From NCBI GenBank assembly GCA_963802675.1, contig CAWDJL010000005.1:595896-659895 (forward strand): a stretch of 64,000 bases of DNA. The letters are read 5' to 3'. A program made the position numbers and the translations under genes. Origin of the DNA: an uncultured Acidobacteriota bacterium. GTDB taxonomy: Bacteria; Acidobacteriota; Vicinamibacteria; Vicinamibacterales; UBA2999. Below the pieces are notes generated by a model. It searched no databases. It saw nothing but the letters and a program-made list of their open reading frames with translations, and was not told the DNA's origin. Positions 22,702-32,259 of this stretch are shown here, piece after piece. Positions within the stretch are counted from its first letter, which is position 1; every line of letters begins with the position of its first letter.

Positions 22702-25407
22702 GTGAAATACGTGTATTTCTTCGGCAACGGCAAAGCGGATGGCGACCGCACCATGAAGGACACCTTGGGTGGCAAGGGCGCAGGGCTGGCCGAGATGACC
22801 AGGGCAGGCCTGCCAGTGCCGCCGGGCCTGACGATATCGACTGACGCCTGCAACCTGTACTACCAGCTGGGCGGGAAGCTGACACCGGCCATCGAGAGCG
22901 AGATCGAAGAGAACGTGAAGACACTGGAGAAAGCGGCCGGTGCGACACTCGGCTCCACCACGAACCCGCTGCTGGTTTCGGTGCGTTCGGGCGCGAAGTT
23001 CTCGATGCCCGGCATGATGGACACCATTCTGAACCTGGGGTTGAACGACACCACCGTCGAGGGTTTGAAAAAGCGCACGTCGAACGGTCGATTCGCATTC
23101 GATAGCTACCGCCGTTTCATCCAGATGTATGGCAGCGTGGTGTTGGAGATTCCCAAGCACGCGTTCGAGCACGAGTTCGACGCGGTCAAGAAGCAACGGG
23201 GCGCGGCGCTCGATACCGATCTCGATGAGGCGGCCTTGCGCGAGGTGGTGGCACGCTACAAGCAAGTGGTGCGCAAGCACGCGAAAAAGGACTTCCCGCA
23301 AGCGCCCGCCGAGCAGTTGCGCGGCGCCCGCAACGCGGTGTTTCGTTCGTGGAACAACCCACGTGCCAGTGAGTATCGACGCATTTATGACATTCCCGAC
23401 TCGATCGGCACGGCGGTGAACGTCCAGATGATGGTGTTCGGTAACACCGGCGACCGATCGGGGACCGGCGTCGGGTTCACCCGCAATCCTGCGACCGGCG
23501 CCAAGGAGTTTTACGGCGAGTTCCTGATTAACGCGCAGGGTGAGGATGTCGTCGCCGGCATTCGCACCCCCCAGCCGATCCGCGAGCTGGAAAAGGTGAT
23601 GCCGAAAGCCTACAAACAGCTGCGCGACATCACGACCCGCCTCGAAAAGAACTACCGGGACGTCCAGGATTTCGAGTTCACCATCCAGGATGAACGCCTG
23701 TTCATGCTTCAGACTCGCAGCGGCAAGCGCACAGGATACGCCGCGGTCGTGATCGCCACCGACTTAGTGAAGGAGAAGCTGATTACACCGAGAGACGCCA
23801 TTCTGCTGGTCGATCCGGAATCGCTCTCGCAGTTGCTCGCGCCCGGCTTCGATCCGAAGGAGTGGGCGAAGCTGCCAACGATCACCAAAGGGTTGCCGGC
23901 ATCCCCTGGGGCCGCGTCGGGTCGCGTGGTGTTTACGGCCGACGAAGCGGTGAAGTGGGCGGACCGCGGCGAGCCGGTCATCCTCGTGCGGCGCGAAACG
24001 GTGCCGGACGACATTCACGGAATGTGGGTGTCGCAGGGCGTCCTGACGGCCACCGGCGGCATGACGTCGCACGCCGCCGTGGTGGGCCGCCAGATGGGGA
24101 AGCCTTCGGTCGTGGGGGCAGGCGAGCTGGTGATCGACGAGCGTGCGCGCACCCTCCGCATCAAGGATCAAGTCGTCAAGGAGGGTGACTTTCTATCCTT
24201 CGATGGGCTGACCGGCGAGGTGAAGGTCGCGAAAGTGGCTTCGCAGCCGAGCGAGATCCTGCAAGTGCTGGCCGGTCGCATCAAGCCCACGGACTCGCCG
24301 ATCTACGAACGATTCAATCGGTTACTTCAGTGGGCGGACAAGTTTCGTCGTCTCGGCATCAGGGCCAATGCAGACCTGCCCGACCAGGCGGAGCTCGCGT
24401 ACGCGTTCGGCGCCCGCGGCATTGGCCTCTGCCGCACCGAACACATGTTCTTTGGTGAGGGTCGCATCCCCATCGTTCAGCGCATGATCCTGGCTGACAA
24501 CGAGGCCGACCGCCGCGCCGCGCTGAGCGAGCTGCTCCCGCTGCAGCGCGGGGATTTCTATGGCGTGTTCAAGGCCATGCACGGCGAAGCGGTCACGATT
24601 CGAACCATCGATCCGCCGCTGCACGAGTTTCTCCCGAAGCGGGAGGAACTCATGGTCGAGATCGCCAAGCTGGAAGCGACCAACGGGTCGGCGGCCACCA
24701 TCTCGGAAAAGAAGAAGCTGCTCGCGCGCGTCGAACAACTGCACGAGTTCAACCCGATGCTCGGTCATCGCGGGGTCCGGCTGGGCATTACGTATCCCGA
24801 AATCACCGAAATGCAGACGCGGGCGATTATCGAGGCCGCCTGCCAGTTGAAAAAGGAAGGGCTGAAGGTCGTTCCCGAGATCATGATTCCGCTCGTGGGA
24901 CTTGTGAAAGAGCTTCGGGATCAAAAGGAGATCGTCGACCGGGTCGCGCAGGAGGTGATGCGCGAGCAGGGCATCAGGATCAAGTACCTGGTCGGCACCA
25001 TGATCGAGGTCCCAAGAGGCGCGCTGACTGCCGACGAGATTGCCGCTGAAGCGCAGTTCTTTTCCTTTGGCACCAATGACCTCACCCAGATGGCCTTCGG
25101 CTTCTCCCGGGACGATGTGGGAAAGTTCCTCCGCGTCTATCAGGACAAGAAGATCCTGGAAAAGGATCCGTTCGCGACCATCGACATACAGGGCGTCGGT
25201 GGCCTGGTCAGGATGGGTGTGGAGCGGGGCCGCAAGGCTCGGCCCGACCTGAAGGTGGGCATCTGTGGCGAGCACGGTGGCGATCCAGCATCGGTGCACT
25301 TCTTCGAGTCCGTCAAACTCGATTATGTGAGCGCGTCACCCTACCGTATCCCTGTCGCGCGGCTGGCCGCGGCGCAGGCGGCCATGTCCGTCAAGGTCGG
25401 CGACTGA
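22702..25407 (+). CDS. ppdK: pyruvate, phosphate dikinase
   Basis: KYVYFFGNGKADG..LGGKGAGLAEM, GGMTSHAAVVGRQMG and CGEHGGDP. The ORF opens at the ATG at 22621. The canonical N-terminus aligns to the GTG at 22702 (GAGG 12 nt upstream), and the 27 extra codons have only ~54% GC3. Confidence 0.93.
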   Translation: MKYVYFFGNGKADGDRTMKDTLGGKGAGLAEMTRAGLPVPPGLTISTDACNLYYQLGGKLTPAIESEIEENVKTLEKAAGATLGSTTNPLLVSVRSGAKFSMPGMMDTILNLGLNDTTVEGLKKRTSNGRFAFDSYRRFIQMYGSVVLEIPKHAFEHEFDAVKKQRGAALDTDLDEAALREVVARYKQVVRKHAKKDFPQAPAEQLRGARNAVFRSWNNPRASEYRRIYDIPDSIGTAVNVQMMVFGNTGDRSGTGVGFTRNPATGAKEFYGEFLINAQGEDVVAGIRTPQPIRELEKVMPKAYKQLRDITTRLEKNYRDVQDFEFTIQDERLFMLQTRSGKRTGYAAVVIATDLVKEKLITPRDAILLVDPESLSQLLAPGFDPKEWAKLPTITKGLPASPGAASGRVVFTADEAVKWADRGEPVILVRRETVPDDIHGMWVSQGVLTATGGMTSHAAVVGRQMGKPSVVGAGELVIDERARTLRIKDQVVKEGDFLSFDGLTGEVKVAKVASQPSEILQVLAGRIKPTDSPIYERFNRLLQWADKFRRLGIRANADLPDQAELAYAFGARGIGLCRTEHMFFGEGRIPIVQRMILADNEADRRAALSELLPLQRGDFYGVFKAMHGEAVTIRTIDPPLHEFLPKREELMVEIAKLEATNGSAATISEKKKLLARVEQLHEFNPMLGHRGVRLGITYPEITEMQTRAIIEAACQLKKEGLKVVPEIMIPLVGLVKELRDQKEIVDRVAQEVMREQGIRIKYLVGTMIEVPRGALTADEIAAEAQFFSFGTNDLTQMAFGFSRDDVGKFLRVYQDKKILEKDPFATIDIQGVGGLVRMGVERGRKARPDLKVGICGEHGGDPASVHFFESVKLDYVSASPYRIPVARLAAAQAAMSVKVGD

Positions 25408-25417
25408 ACCCAGGCGC

Positions 25418-26383
25418 ATGATCACCTACTACGTCCACCGCGACGGCCGTTCCGCCACGGTGGACGCCATCGAGCCAGGATGGCTCGCCCCTGACAGCAC
25501 GGCGATCGTGTGGGCAGATGTCAGCAGGCCGGGACCGGCCGATGCCGACGAGCTGCAGCGAGTGTTCGACTTTCATCCGCTCTCGCTGGAGCACGCGCTG
25601 GAAGCGACCCAGTACCCGAAGGTCGAGCCGTACGGTCACTACCTCTACGTGGTACTTCACGGCATCGACTTCAAGCAGGAGGAACACGCGTTCGAGACCG
25701 CGGACGTCGACTTTTTTCTCGGGCGTAACTTCCTCGTCACGGTGCACGATGGCGGGCGCCGCAGCGTCGCTGAGGTCGCCGAACTGTGTGGCCGCACAGA
25801 TATCGCGCTGCGAGAAGGGTCCGTGGCCTTGATGCACCGGATCGTCGACCGAATGGTGGGCCACTACCTGCCCGAGGTCGACGAGCTCGAAAGCTGGCTC
25901 GACGAAATCGAAGATCGCGTGTTGACCGCTAACCGCGCGAACGTCGCCAGTGAGATCCTGGCGGTCAAACGCGACATTGCGTCGATGCGGCGCGTGGTCA
26001 TTCCGCAACGAGACGTCGTCGCCAGACTTGCACGACGCGAATTCGACCTCATCAATCAAGAACACTCCTACCGGTTCCGCGACGTTTACGATCAGCTGGT
26101 CCGACTCTCGGACGATGCCTTCCTCTTTCACGACCGGGTGACCGGGATTCTTGATGTGCATTTGGCCGCGGTTTCAAATCAGTTGGCGCTGGTTTCGAAA
26201 GTGTTGGCCGGCATCGCGGTCATCTTTGGCCCACTCACCGTCATTACGGGCCTCTTCGGAATGAATGTCCCGCTGCCCGCGTTTCCTGGCGGGGAAACGG
26301 CACAGTTCTGGTGGATCACCGGTGGAATGACGGTCTTGACCGCCGTGATCTACTACCTGTTCCGGCGTCGGGGCTGGTTGTAG
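25418..26383 (+). CDS. corA: CorA-family magnesium/cobalt transporter
   Basis: 321 aa with two C-terminal TM helices and a GMN motif (LFGMNVPLP). Confidence 0.9.
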   Translation: MITYYVHRDGRSATVDAIEPGWLAPDSTAIVWADVSRPGPADADELQRVFDFHPLSLEHALEATQYPKVEPYGHYLYVVLHGIDFKQEEHAFETADVDFFLGRNFLVTVHDGGRRSVAEVAELCGRTDIALREGSVALMHRIVDRMVGHYLPEVDELESWLDEIEDRVLTANRANVASEILAVKRDIASMRRVVIPQRDVVARLARREFDLINQEHSYRFRDVYDQLVRLSDDAFLFHDRVTGILDVHLAAVSNQLALVSKVLAGIAVIFGPLTVITGLFGMNVPLPAFPGGETAQFWWITGGMTVLTAVIYYLFRRRGWL

Positions 26384-26394
26384 GCTGTAAATCG

Positions 26395-28168
26395 ATGGGT
26401 CGCATCAGGCGTCTGCCAGAGGAGCTCGCCAATCAGATTGCCGCCGGCGAGGTGATCGAGCGCCCGGCCTCGGTCATCAAGGAGCTGGTCGAAAACGCCA
26501 TCGACGCGGGCGCCTCGCGGGTCACGATCACCGTCGAGTACGGTGGCAAGAAAGTAATCCGCGTTGAAGACGACGGCCACGGCATGGATCCAGATGATGC
26601 GCGACTGTGTCTGGAGCGGCACGCGACCAGCAAGATTCGTCGCGCTGACGATCTCGGAGCTATCCTCACGCTCGGATTCCGCGGCGAGGCACTTCCCAGC
26701 ATCGCGTCGGTGTCGCACTTCCATCTCCGGACACGGCAGCGTGGCGACGCGAGCGGGACCGAGATCCGCGTGAACGGTGGCGCCATCGAGTCGGTCGTTG
26801 AAGCCGGCGGTCCCGAGGGGACGTCGATCGAGGTAGCGGATCTCTTTTACAACTTGCCGGCCCGACGGAAGTTTCTCAAATCGGACGCCGCTGAATCCGC
26901 ACAAATTTCGAAGATGGTGACGCAACTCGCGTTGTGTTATCCGGAGGTGGGTTTCACACTGACCAGCGCCGGACGGCGTTCGCTGCAGTGTCCGCCGGTC
27001 GCCCAGCTCGAGGACCGCCTATATCAGGTGTACGGCGAGCGGCCGGACCTGCTGCCGGTCAATCGCGCAAGTGGCGGCATTGCCGTCCGAGGCTTCGTTG
27101 CCGCCCTCGCCGAGACCGGACCGACACGCGGCCCGCAGAACGTGTTTATCAACCGACGAATTGTCCGGGACCGGACGATCGCGCACGCGATTCTCGACGC
27201 CTATAGTGTCGCGTCGAATCGTGAACGAAGCCCGGAGGTCCACCTCTTCCTCGAAATTCCGCCGGACCGGCTTGACGTCAACGTGCATCCCACAAAGGGC
27301 GAGGTCCGATTTCGCGAGCAGTCGCTCGTGCACGAAGTCGTGAAGCGAGCGGTCGGTGACGCGCTGATGAGGGGCGGCGTCCCCGAACTGCAACTACGGC
27401 CGTCCGATCTGACGCCAGGCCAACTCGTGACGCCTTCGATACCAGGGATGGTCCCGGGTGCGTGGGGTGCGAGAGGTGCGTGGGGTGCGCCAGGTGCGGT
27501 GCGGTTCCCGGGTGCATTTGGCGGACCTGCGCACCGCACGGAACCTGTCGCACCTGACGCACCCGTCGCACCTGGCGCACCTGTCTACCGTCCCCTCATC
27601 CCACTCGGACAATTTCGTAACACCTTCATCATCGCCATCGACGACGAGGGCATCTGCATCATCGATCAGCACGTCGCGCATGAGCGGGTGCTTTTCGAGC
27701 GGATCATGGAGCGGCTGACGGCGAGCGCCCTCGAGAGCCAGCGAATGCTGGTGCCCCTGCTGCTCGACCTCGCGCCGGCAGAAAGGGCCGCGCTGCTGTC
27801 GCGAGCGACTGAGTTGTCGACGTTTGGGTTCGAGATTGAGGAGTTTGGCGGCGAGACAACCCTCAAGGTGACGGCGGTTCCGGCGATTCTGCCGCGCGAT
27901 GAGTGTGCGACCGTGCTTCGAGCCCTCGCGCAAGACCTCGAAGGGCTCGATCAGGGCCTGGATCTGCGCGCAGGCATTGAAGAGGATCGCAGCCACGACG
28001 GCGTGTCACGCGGCTGTGAAAGCCAACGATCCGTTGACCGAAGAGAAGATTCGGCACATTCTCGACGAGCTTCACGCCACGTCGTACTCCACGGTGTGTC
28101 CACACGGCCGTCCAGTCATGTTGAGGATTACTCGTCGGGAAGTGGAGAAGAACTTCGAGCGCATCTGA
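26395..28168 (+). pseudogene. mutL: DNA mismatch repair endonuclease MutL, with an apparent -1 frameshift near 27980-27986
   Basis: Begins MGRIRRLPEELANQIAAGEVIERPASVIKELVENAIDAG, with the endonuclease motif DQHVAHERVLFE. The C-terminal ACHAAVKAN...CPHGRP lies in the frame of ORF 27899..28168. Confidence 0.9.
27457..27583. repeat. inverted word array (GGTGCG / CGCACC) inside the mutL linker coding region
   Basis: ggtgcgtggggtgcgagaggtgcgtggggtgcgccaggtgcggtgcgg ... ctgcgcaccgcacgg..cgcacctgacgcacccgtcgcacctggcgcacctg. Encodes GAWGARGAWGAPGAV...PVAPDAPVAPGAPV. Confidence 0.8.
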
Positions 28169-28221
28169 GATGAGGAACGCCAGGCAACCTCCTAGCCGAC
28201 CCGTCAGCCGAGACCCAAACA

Positions 28222-29493
28222 ATGACGCATACCGGTGATCGGGTGTTGGCCGAGGTTGAAGCGAACCGCGACGAGATCGTTGATTTCGCTGCCGCGCTCA
28301 TCCGCGTGCCGACCGTCAATCCTCCCGGCGAAGAGTACCAAAGGTGCGCCCGTCTGATCGGCAATCGCCTGACGGCGGGCGGCTTTGTCGTTGATTACAT
28401 TCCGGCCATCGGCCGGCCGGAGCACACGCGGCAGTTGCCGCGCGTCAACGTGATCGGGTTTCGACGCGGCGGTGCCGACCATCCGCTGGTTCACCTCAAC
28501 GGCCATTACGACGTGGTTCCGCCCGGTGCCGGTTGGACGTTCGACCCCTTTGCCGCCACCGTGCGCAATGGTCGTATTCATGGCCGCGGCGCCTGCGACA
28601 TGAAGTCGGGCATCGCGGCCGCGTTGTACGCCGTTGAGGCCATCCGGCGCGCCGGCGTGACGCTGTCTGGCTCGATCGAGATCAGTGCGACCCCCGACGA
28701 GGAGAGCGGTGGCTTTGCGGGCGTTGCCTATCTGGCCAGACAAGGGCGACTCAGCTCCGCGCGGATCGATCACGTCATCATTCCAGAGCCGCTCAACGTC
28801 GATCGCATCTGCATCGGCCACCGCGGGGTCTATTGGTTCGAGGTCGAAACTCGTGGGCGAATCGGCCACGGGAGCATGCCGTTCCTCGGCGTCAGCGCGA
28901 TCGATCACATGGGCCTCATCCTCGAGCGCGTGCGACGCGAGTGGTTGCCAGCCCTTGCCACCCGAACCACTTCGGTGCCCGTCGTCCCGCCAGAGGCCAG
29001 GCACGCGACGCTCAACATCAATGGGATTTTTGGCGGTCAGCCCACTGGTGGCATTCAGACCCCGTGCGTGGCCGATCGCTGCACAGCGGTCTTCGATCGG
29101 CGTTTCCTCCTCGAAGAGGATTTCGCTGCGGTCAAGGCCGAGGCCCAGGCGCTGCTGGCGTCGGTGAAGGCCGAACACCCTGAGGTCGACTACGCACTCC
29201 GGGACCTGATGATCGTCCCCCCGGTGCGAACGCCGGAAGGCTCGCCGCTCGTAAGTGCCCTCGAGCGACATATCCAGACCGTCCTGGGTCGCGCGGCCCA
29301 GCAGGTGGCGAGTCCTGGAACCTACGATCACAAGCACTTCGATCGCCTTGGTGGGATCACACATTGCGTGGCGTACGGGCCCGGCGTCCTCGACGTCGCA
29401 CATCAGCCCGACGAATGGTGCGCAATCGAGGATCTGATCAACGCGACCAAGGTGCTCGCCTTGACGATTCTCGATTTGACCGGTTCGATGTAA
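28222..29493 (+). CDS. M20-family metallopeptidase (ArgE/DapE/ACY1 type)
   Basis: 423 aa with HLNGHYDVVP, GRGACDMKSG and SATPDEESGG. Confidence 0.85.
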   Translation: MTHTGDRVLAEVEANRDEIVDFAAALIRVPTVNPPGEEYQRCARLIGNRLTAGGFVVDYIPAIGRPEHTRQLPRVNVIGFRRGGADHPLVHLNGHYDVVPPGAGWTFDPFAATVRNGRIHGRGACDMKSGIAAALYAVEAIRRAGVTLSGSIEISATPDEESGGFAGVAYLARQGRLSSARIDHVIIPEPLNVDRICIGHRGVYWFEVETRGRIGHGSMPFLGVSAIDHMGLILERVRREWLPALATRTTSVPVVPPEARHATLNINGIFGGQPTGGIQTPCVADRCTAVFDRRFLLEEDFAAVKAEAQALLASVKAEHPEVDYALRDLMIVPPVRTPEGSPLVSALERHIQTVLGRAAQQVASPGTYDHKHFDRLGGITHCVAYGPGVLDVAHQPDEWCAIEDLINATKVLALTILDLTGSM

Positions 29494-29552
29494 GACTTGT
29501 GGCAGCGACCAGCGGGCCCGCGCTCAAGTCCTGGCAGATGAGAGACCCAGTC

Positions 29553-30677
29553 ATGAAGCACTTAGTAGACGCGCTCGGGATGGCAGCGGTTCTGGCACTG
29601 GCATTTCCGAGGGGAGATGCCGACCTGTCGACGCAAGAACGTGCTCCTAACGCGCAGCAGGCGCTCGCGCCGACGGGTGGGTCGGGCCTGACCGCCGTTC
29701 ACGGATTGAAGGTCGGACACTACACCATGACGGGACGTCCGACGGGTTGCACCGTGGTGCTGGTCGAAGGCGAGGGGGCTGTGGGCGGCGTGTCACAACG
29801 TGGCGGTGCGCCAGCCACCCTTGAAACGGATCTCCTGAATCCGCTGAACATGGTCGACCGAGTGAACGGGATCGTGTTGTCCGGAGGCAGTGCGTTCGGG
29901 CTCGAGTCTGCAAACGGCGTCATGCGCTACCTCGAAGAGCGCAATATCGGCTACAAAGTGCGCACCGGCGTCGTGCCGATCGTGCCCGCCGCCAGCCTGA
30001 TCGACCTGAGTTTCGGCGGCGACCCGAAGATTCGGCCGAACGCGGAGTGTGGATACCAAGCGGCTGAGGCGGCCGCAACCGGTCCCGTGGGCGAAGGCAA
30101 CGTCGGCGCCGGTGCCGGCGCGACTATTGGCAAGATGGTGATGGGGCGATCCATGAAGGCAGGCATTGGATCGGCCGCAATCGCGCTCCCCGATGGCTTG
30201 GTCGTCGGTGCAGTGGTTGCCGTCAACGCTGTCGGCGACATCATCGATCCATCGTCGGGCCAGACCGTTGCCGGGATGCGCACCGAGGACGGAAAGGCGC
30301 TCGCCGACGTTCGGAAGCTCCTCCGCACGGGCGCGCTCATGCGCTCGGCTTCGGCACCGCGCCCGGGTGAGGCCACCACGATCGGCGTGGTCGCAACCAA
30401 CGCGCGGTTCTCGAAGGCCGACGTCACTCGGATTGCGCTGATGGCCGACGACGGCTTGGCGCGCGCGATCGTCCCGTCGCACACCACCGGCGATGGGGAC
30501 ACGGTGTTCGCGCTGGCGACGGGTCGCTGGACGGGCGATGTCAGCGTGACCATTGTTGGTGCGTTGGCCGCCGAGGCGATGGCCGAAGCGATTGTGCGTG
30601 CCGCCACCCAGGCCCAGAGCTCGAACGGCATCCCTTCCGCGCGCGAACTGGGTACCGTTCCCGCGCGACTCAAGTGA
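29553..30677 (+). CDS. P1/S58-family peptidase (DmpA-like aminopeptidase), secreted
   Basis: MKHLVDALGMAAVLALA signal peptide, then GLKVGHYT, TGCTVVL, VLSGGSAFGL, TTIGVVATNA and HTTGDGDTVFALATG. An alternative ATG lies at 29538. Confidence 0.8.
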   Translation: MKHLVDALGMAAVLALAFPRGDADLSTQERAPNAQQALAPTGGSGLTAVHGLKVGHYTMTGRPTGCTVVLVEGEGAVGGVSQRGGAPATLETDLLNPLNMVDRVNGIVLSGGSAFGLESANGVMRYLEERNIGYKVRTGVVPIVPAASLIDLSFGGDPKIRPNAECGYQAAEAAATGPVGEGNVGAGAGATIGKMVMGRSMKAGIGSAAIALPDGLVVGAVVAVNAVGDIIDPSSGQTVAGMRTEDGKALADVRKLLRTGALMRSASAPRPGEATTIGVVATNARFSKADVTRIALMADDGLARAIVPSHTTGDGDTVFALATGRWTGDVSVTIVGALAAEAMAEAIVRAATQAQSSNGIPSARELGTVPARLK

Positions 30678-30693
30678 ACGGCATCACCGGTCC

Positions 30694-32259
30694 GTGAAGC
30701 GACGCGTGTTCCTCGCTCGTTCGCTAGCCGGAGGGCTGGCGATCGTTTCGCCACGCCGCGCATCGGCTCGACAAGCACCGGCGATCATCGCGGCGCCCGG
30801 TTCTCGTCCGGCGCTCCCTCAAGGGGTGGCTGCCGGAGACGCCGGCCGCGGGCGCATGGTTATCTGGGGTCGAACGGATCGGCCGGCTCGTATGGCGGTC
30901 GAGTACGCCACGACCGAGCGCTTCGAAGATGCGCGCCTGGTGCCAGGGCCGGCGGCACTCGAAAGCGCTGATTTCACGGCACGTGTCGTGCTCACAGATC
31001 TCCCCGCGGGCGAGCGCATCTTCTACCGCGTCAGGTTTCTGGATCTCAGCGATCTCAAGTCCGTCAGCGAGCCGGTCACCGGAAGCTTCAGTACCGCACA
31101 TTGGGACGGCACCCGCGACGTGACGCTGGCCTGGTCGGCCGATACCGTCGGGCAAGGGTGGGGGATCAACCCTGAGTTTGGCGGCCTGCGCCTCTACGCG
31201 ACGATGCTCGAAGCCCGCCCCGACCTGTTCGTCCACTGCGGCGACACGATTTACGCTGACGGACCGCTCGCTCCCGAAGTCAAGTTGGACGATGGAGCCA
31301 TCTGGCGCAATCTCGTGACGCCGGCAAAATCGACGGTTGCCGAGAGTCTCGAGGATTATCGAGGGAACTACCAATACAACCTGATGGACGAGCACATGCG
31401 CCGGTTCAACGGAGCGACTGCGCAGGCCGTGCTCTGGGACGATCACGAGGTTCGCGACAATTGGTACCCGACCCGCGATCTGTCGAGCGATTCTCGATAT
31501 CGCGTCAAGAGCGCGGCGCTCCTGGCCGCTCGCGCGCGACAGGCCTTCATCGAATACAACCCGCTGCCACTCACCGCCGAGGATCCGGAGCGCATTTTCC
31601 GGACAGTGTCGTCAGGACCGTTGCTCGATGTGTTTGCGCTCGACCTTCGCAGCTATCGCGGACCGAACACGGCCAATCGTCAGGCAACGCTGACTGACGA
31701 GAGTCGGATCATGGGCGCGGCTCAGGTACAGTGGCTGACCTCACAGTTGGCGGCCAGCCGCGCCGTGTGGAAAGTGATTGCCAACGATATGCCGATCGGC
31801 CTGGTCGTTCGCGATGGCGACGCGGCGTTCGAGGCCGTCGCCAACGCTGACGAGGGTCCACCGCGTGGCCGTGAGATCGAGTTTGCCGAGATTCTGAAGT
31901 TCATCAAGGACCGGCGGATTCGCAATGTCGTTTGGGTCACCGGTGATGTGCACTACTGCGCGGCGCACCGCTACGGCCCGGAAGGGGCGCGCTTCACCGA
32001 GTTCGATCCATTCTGGGAGTTCGTCGCTGGTCCACTGCACGCCGGGACATTCCGGCCGAACGCCATCGATGCGACGTTTGGACCCGAGGTCAAGTTTGTG
32101 GGTGTGCCGGCCGACCTGGCGCCGAATCGCCCGCCGAGTGCCGGTCTGCAGTTCTTTGGTTCGCTGCGGATCGATGCCAGGACCAAGACAATGACGGCCA
32201 GCCTGCACGACCTGTCGGGCCGCGCGATTTATCGCGTCGAGCTCGAGGCAGTGTCGTGA
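30694..32259 (+). CDS. PhoD-family alkaline phosphatase with a Tat-type signal
   Basis: The GTG at 30694 gives VKRRVFLARSLAGG. Also FVHCGDTIYAD, VLWDDHEVRDNW and VWVTGDVHYCAAH. Confidence 0.85.
   Translation: MKRRVFLARSLAGGLAIVSPRRASARQAPAIIAAPGSRPALPQGVAAGDAGRGRMVIWGRTDRPARMAVEYATTERFEDARLVPGPAALESADFTARVVLTDLPAGERIFYRVRFLDLSDLKSVSEPVTGSFSTAHWDGTRDVTLAWSADTVGQGWGINPEFGGLRLYATMLEARPDLFVHCGDTIYADGPLAPEVKLDDGAIWRNLVTPAKSTVAESLEDYRGNYQYNLMDEHMRRFNGATAQAVLWDDHEVRDNWYPTRDLSSDSRYRVKSAALLAARARQAFIEYNPLPLTAEDPERIFRTVSSGPLLDVFALDLRSYRGPNTANRQATLTDESRIMGAAQVQWLTSQLAASRAVWKVIANDMPIGLVVRDGDAAFEAVANADEGPPRGREIEFAEILKFIKDRRIRNVVWVTGDVHYCAAHRYGPEGARFTEFDPFWEFVAGPLHAGTFRPNAIDATFGPEVKFVGVPADLAPNRPPSAGLQFFGSLRIDARTKTMTASLHDLSGRAIYRVELEAVS

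Noticed and set aside
26311-26394. mutL start at 26311, overlapping corA by 73 nt
   Set aside because: The universal MutL N-terminus (MGRIRRLPEELANQIAAGEV) starts at the ATG at 26395, just after the corA stop.
29364-29552. Long N-terminal extension of the S58 peptidase ORF overlapping the M20 gene
   Set aside because: The extension is out-of-frame read-through of the M20 gene's 3' end. A signal peptide begins at the ATG at 29553 (or 29538).
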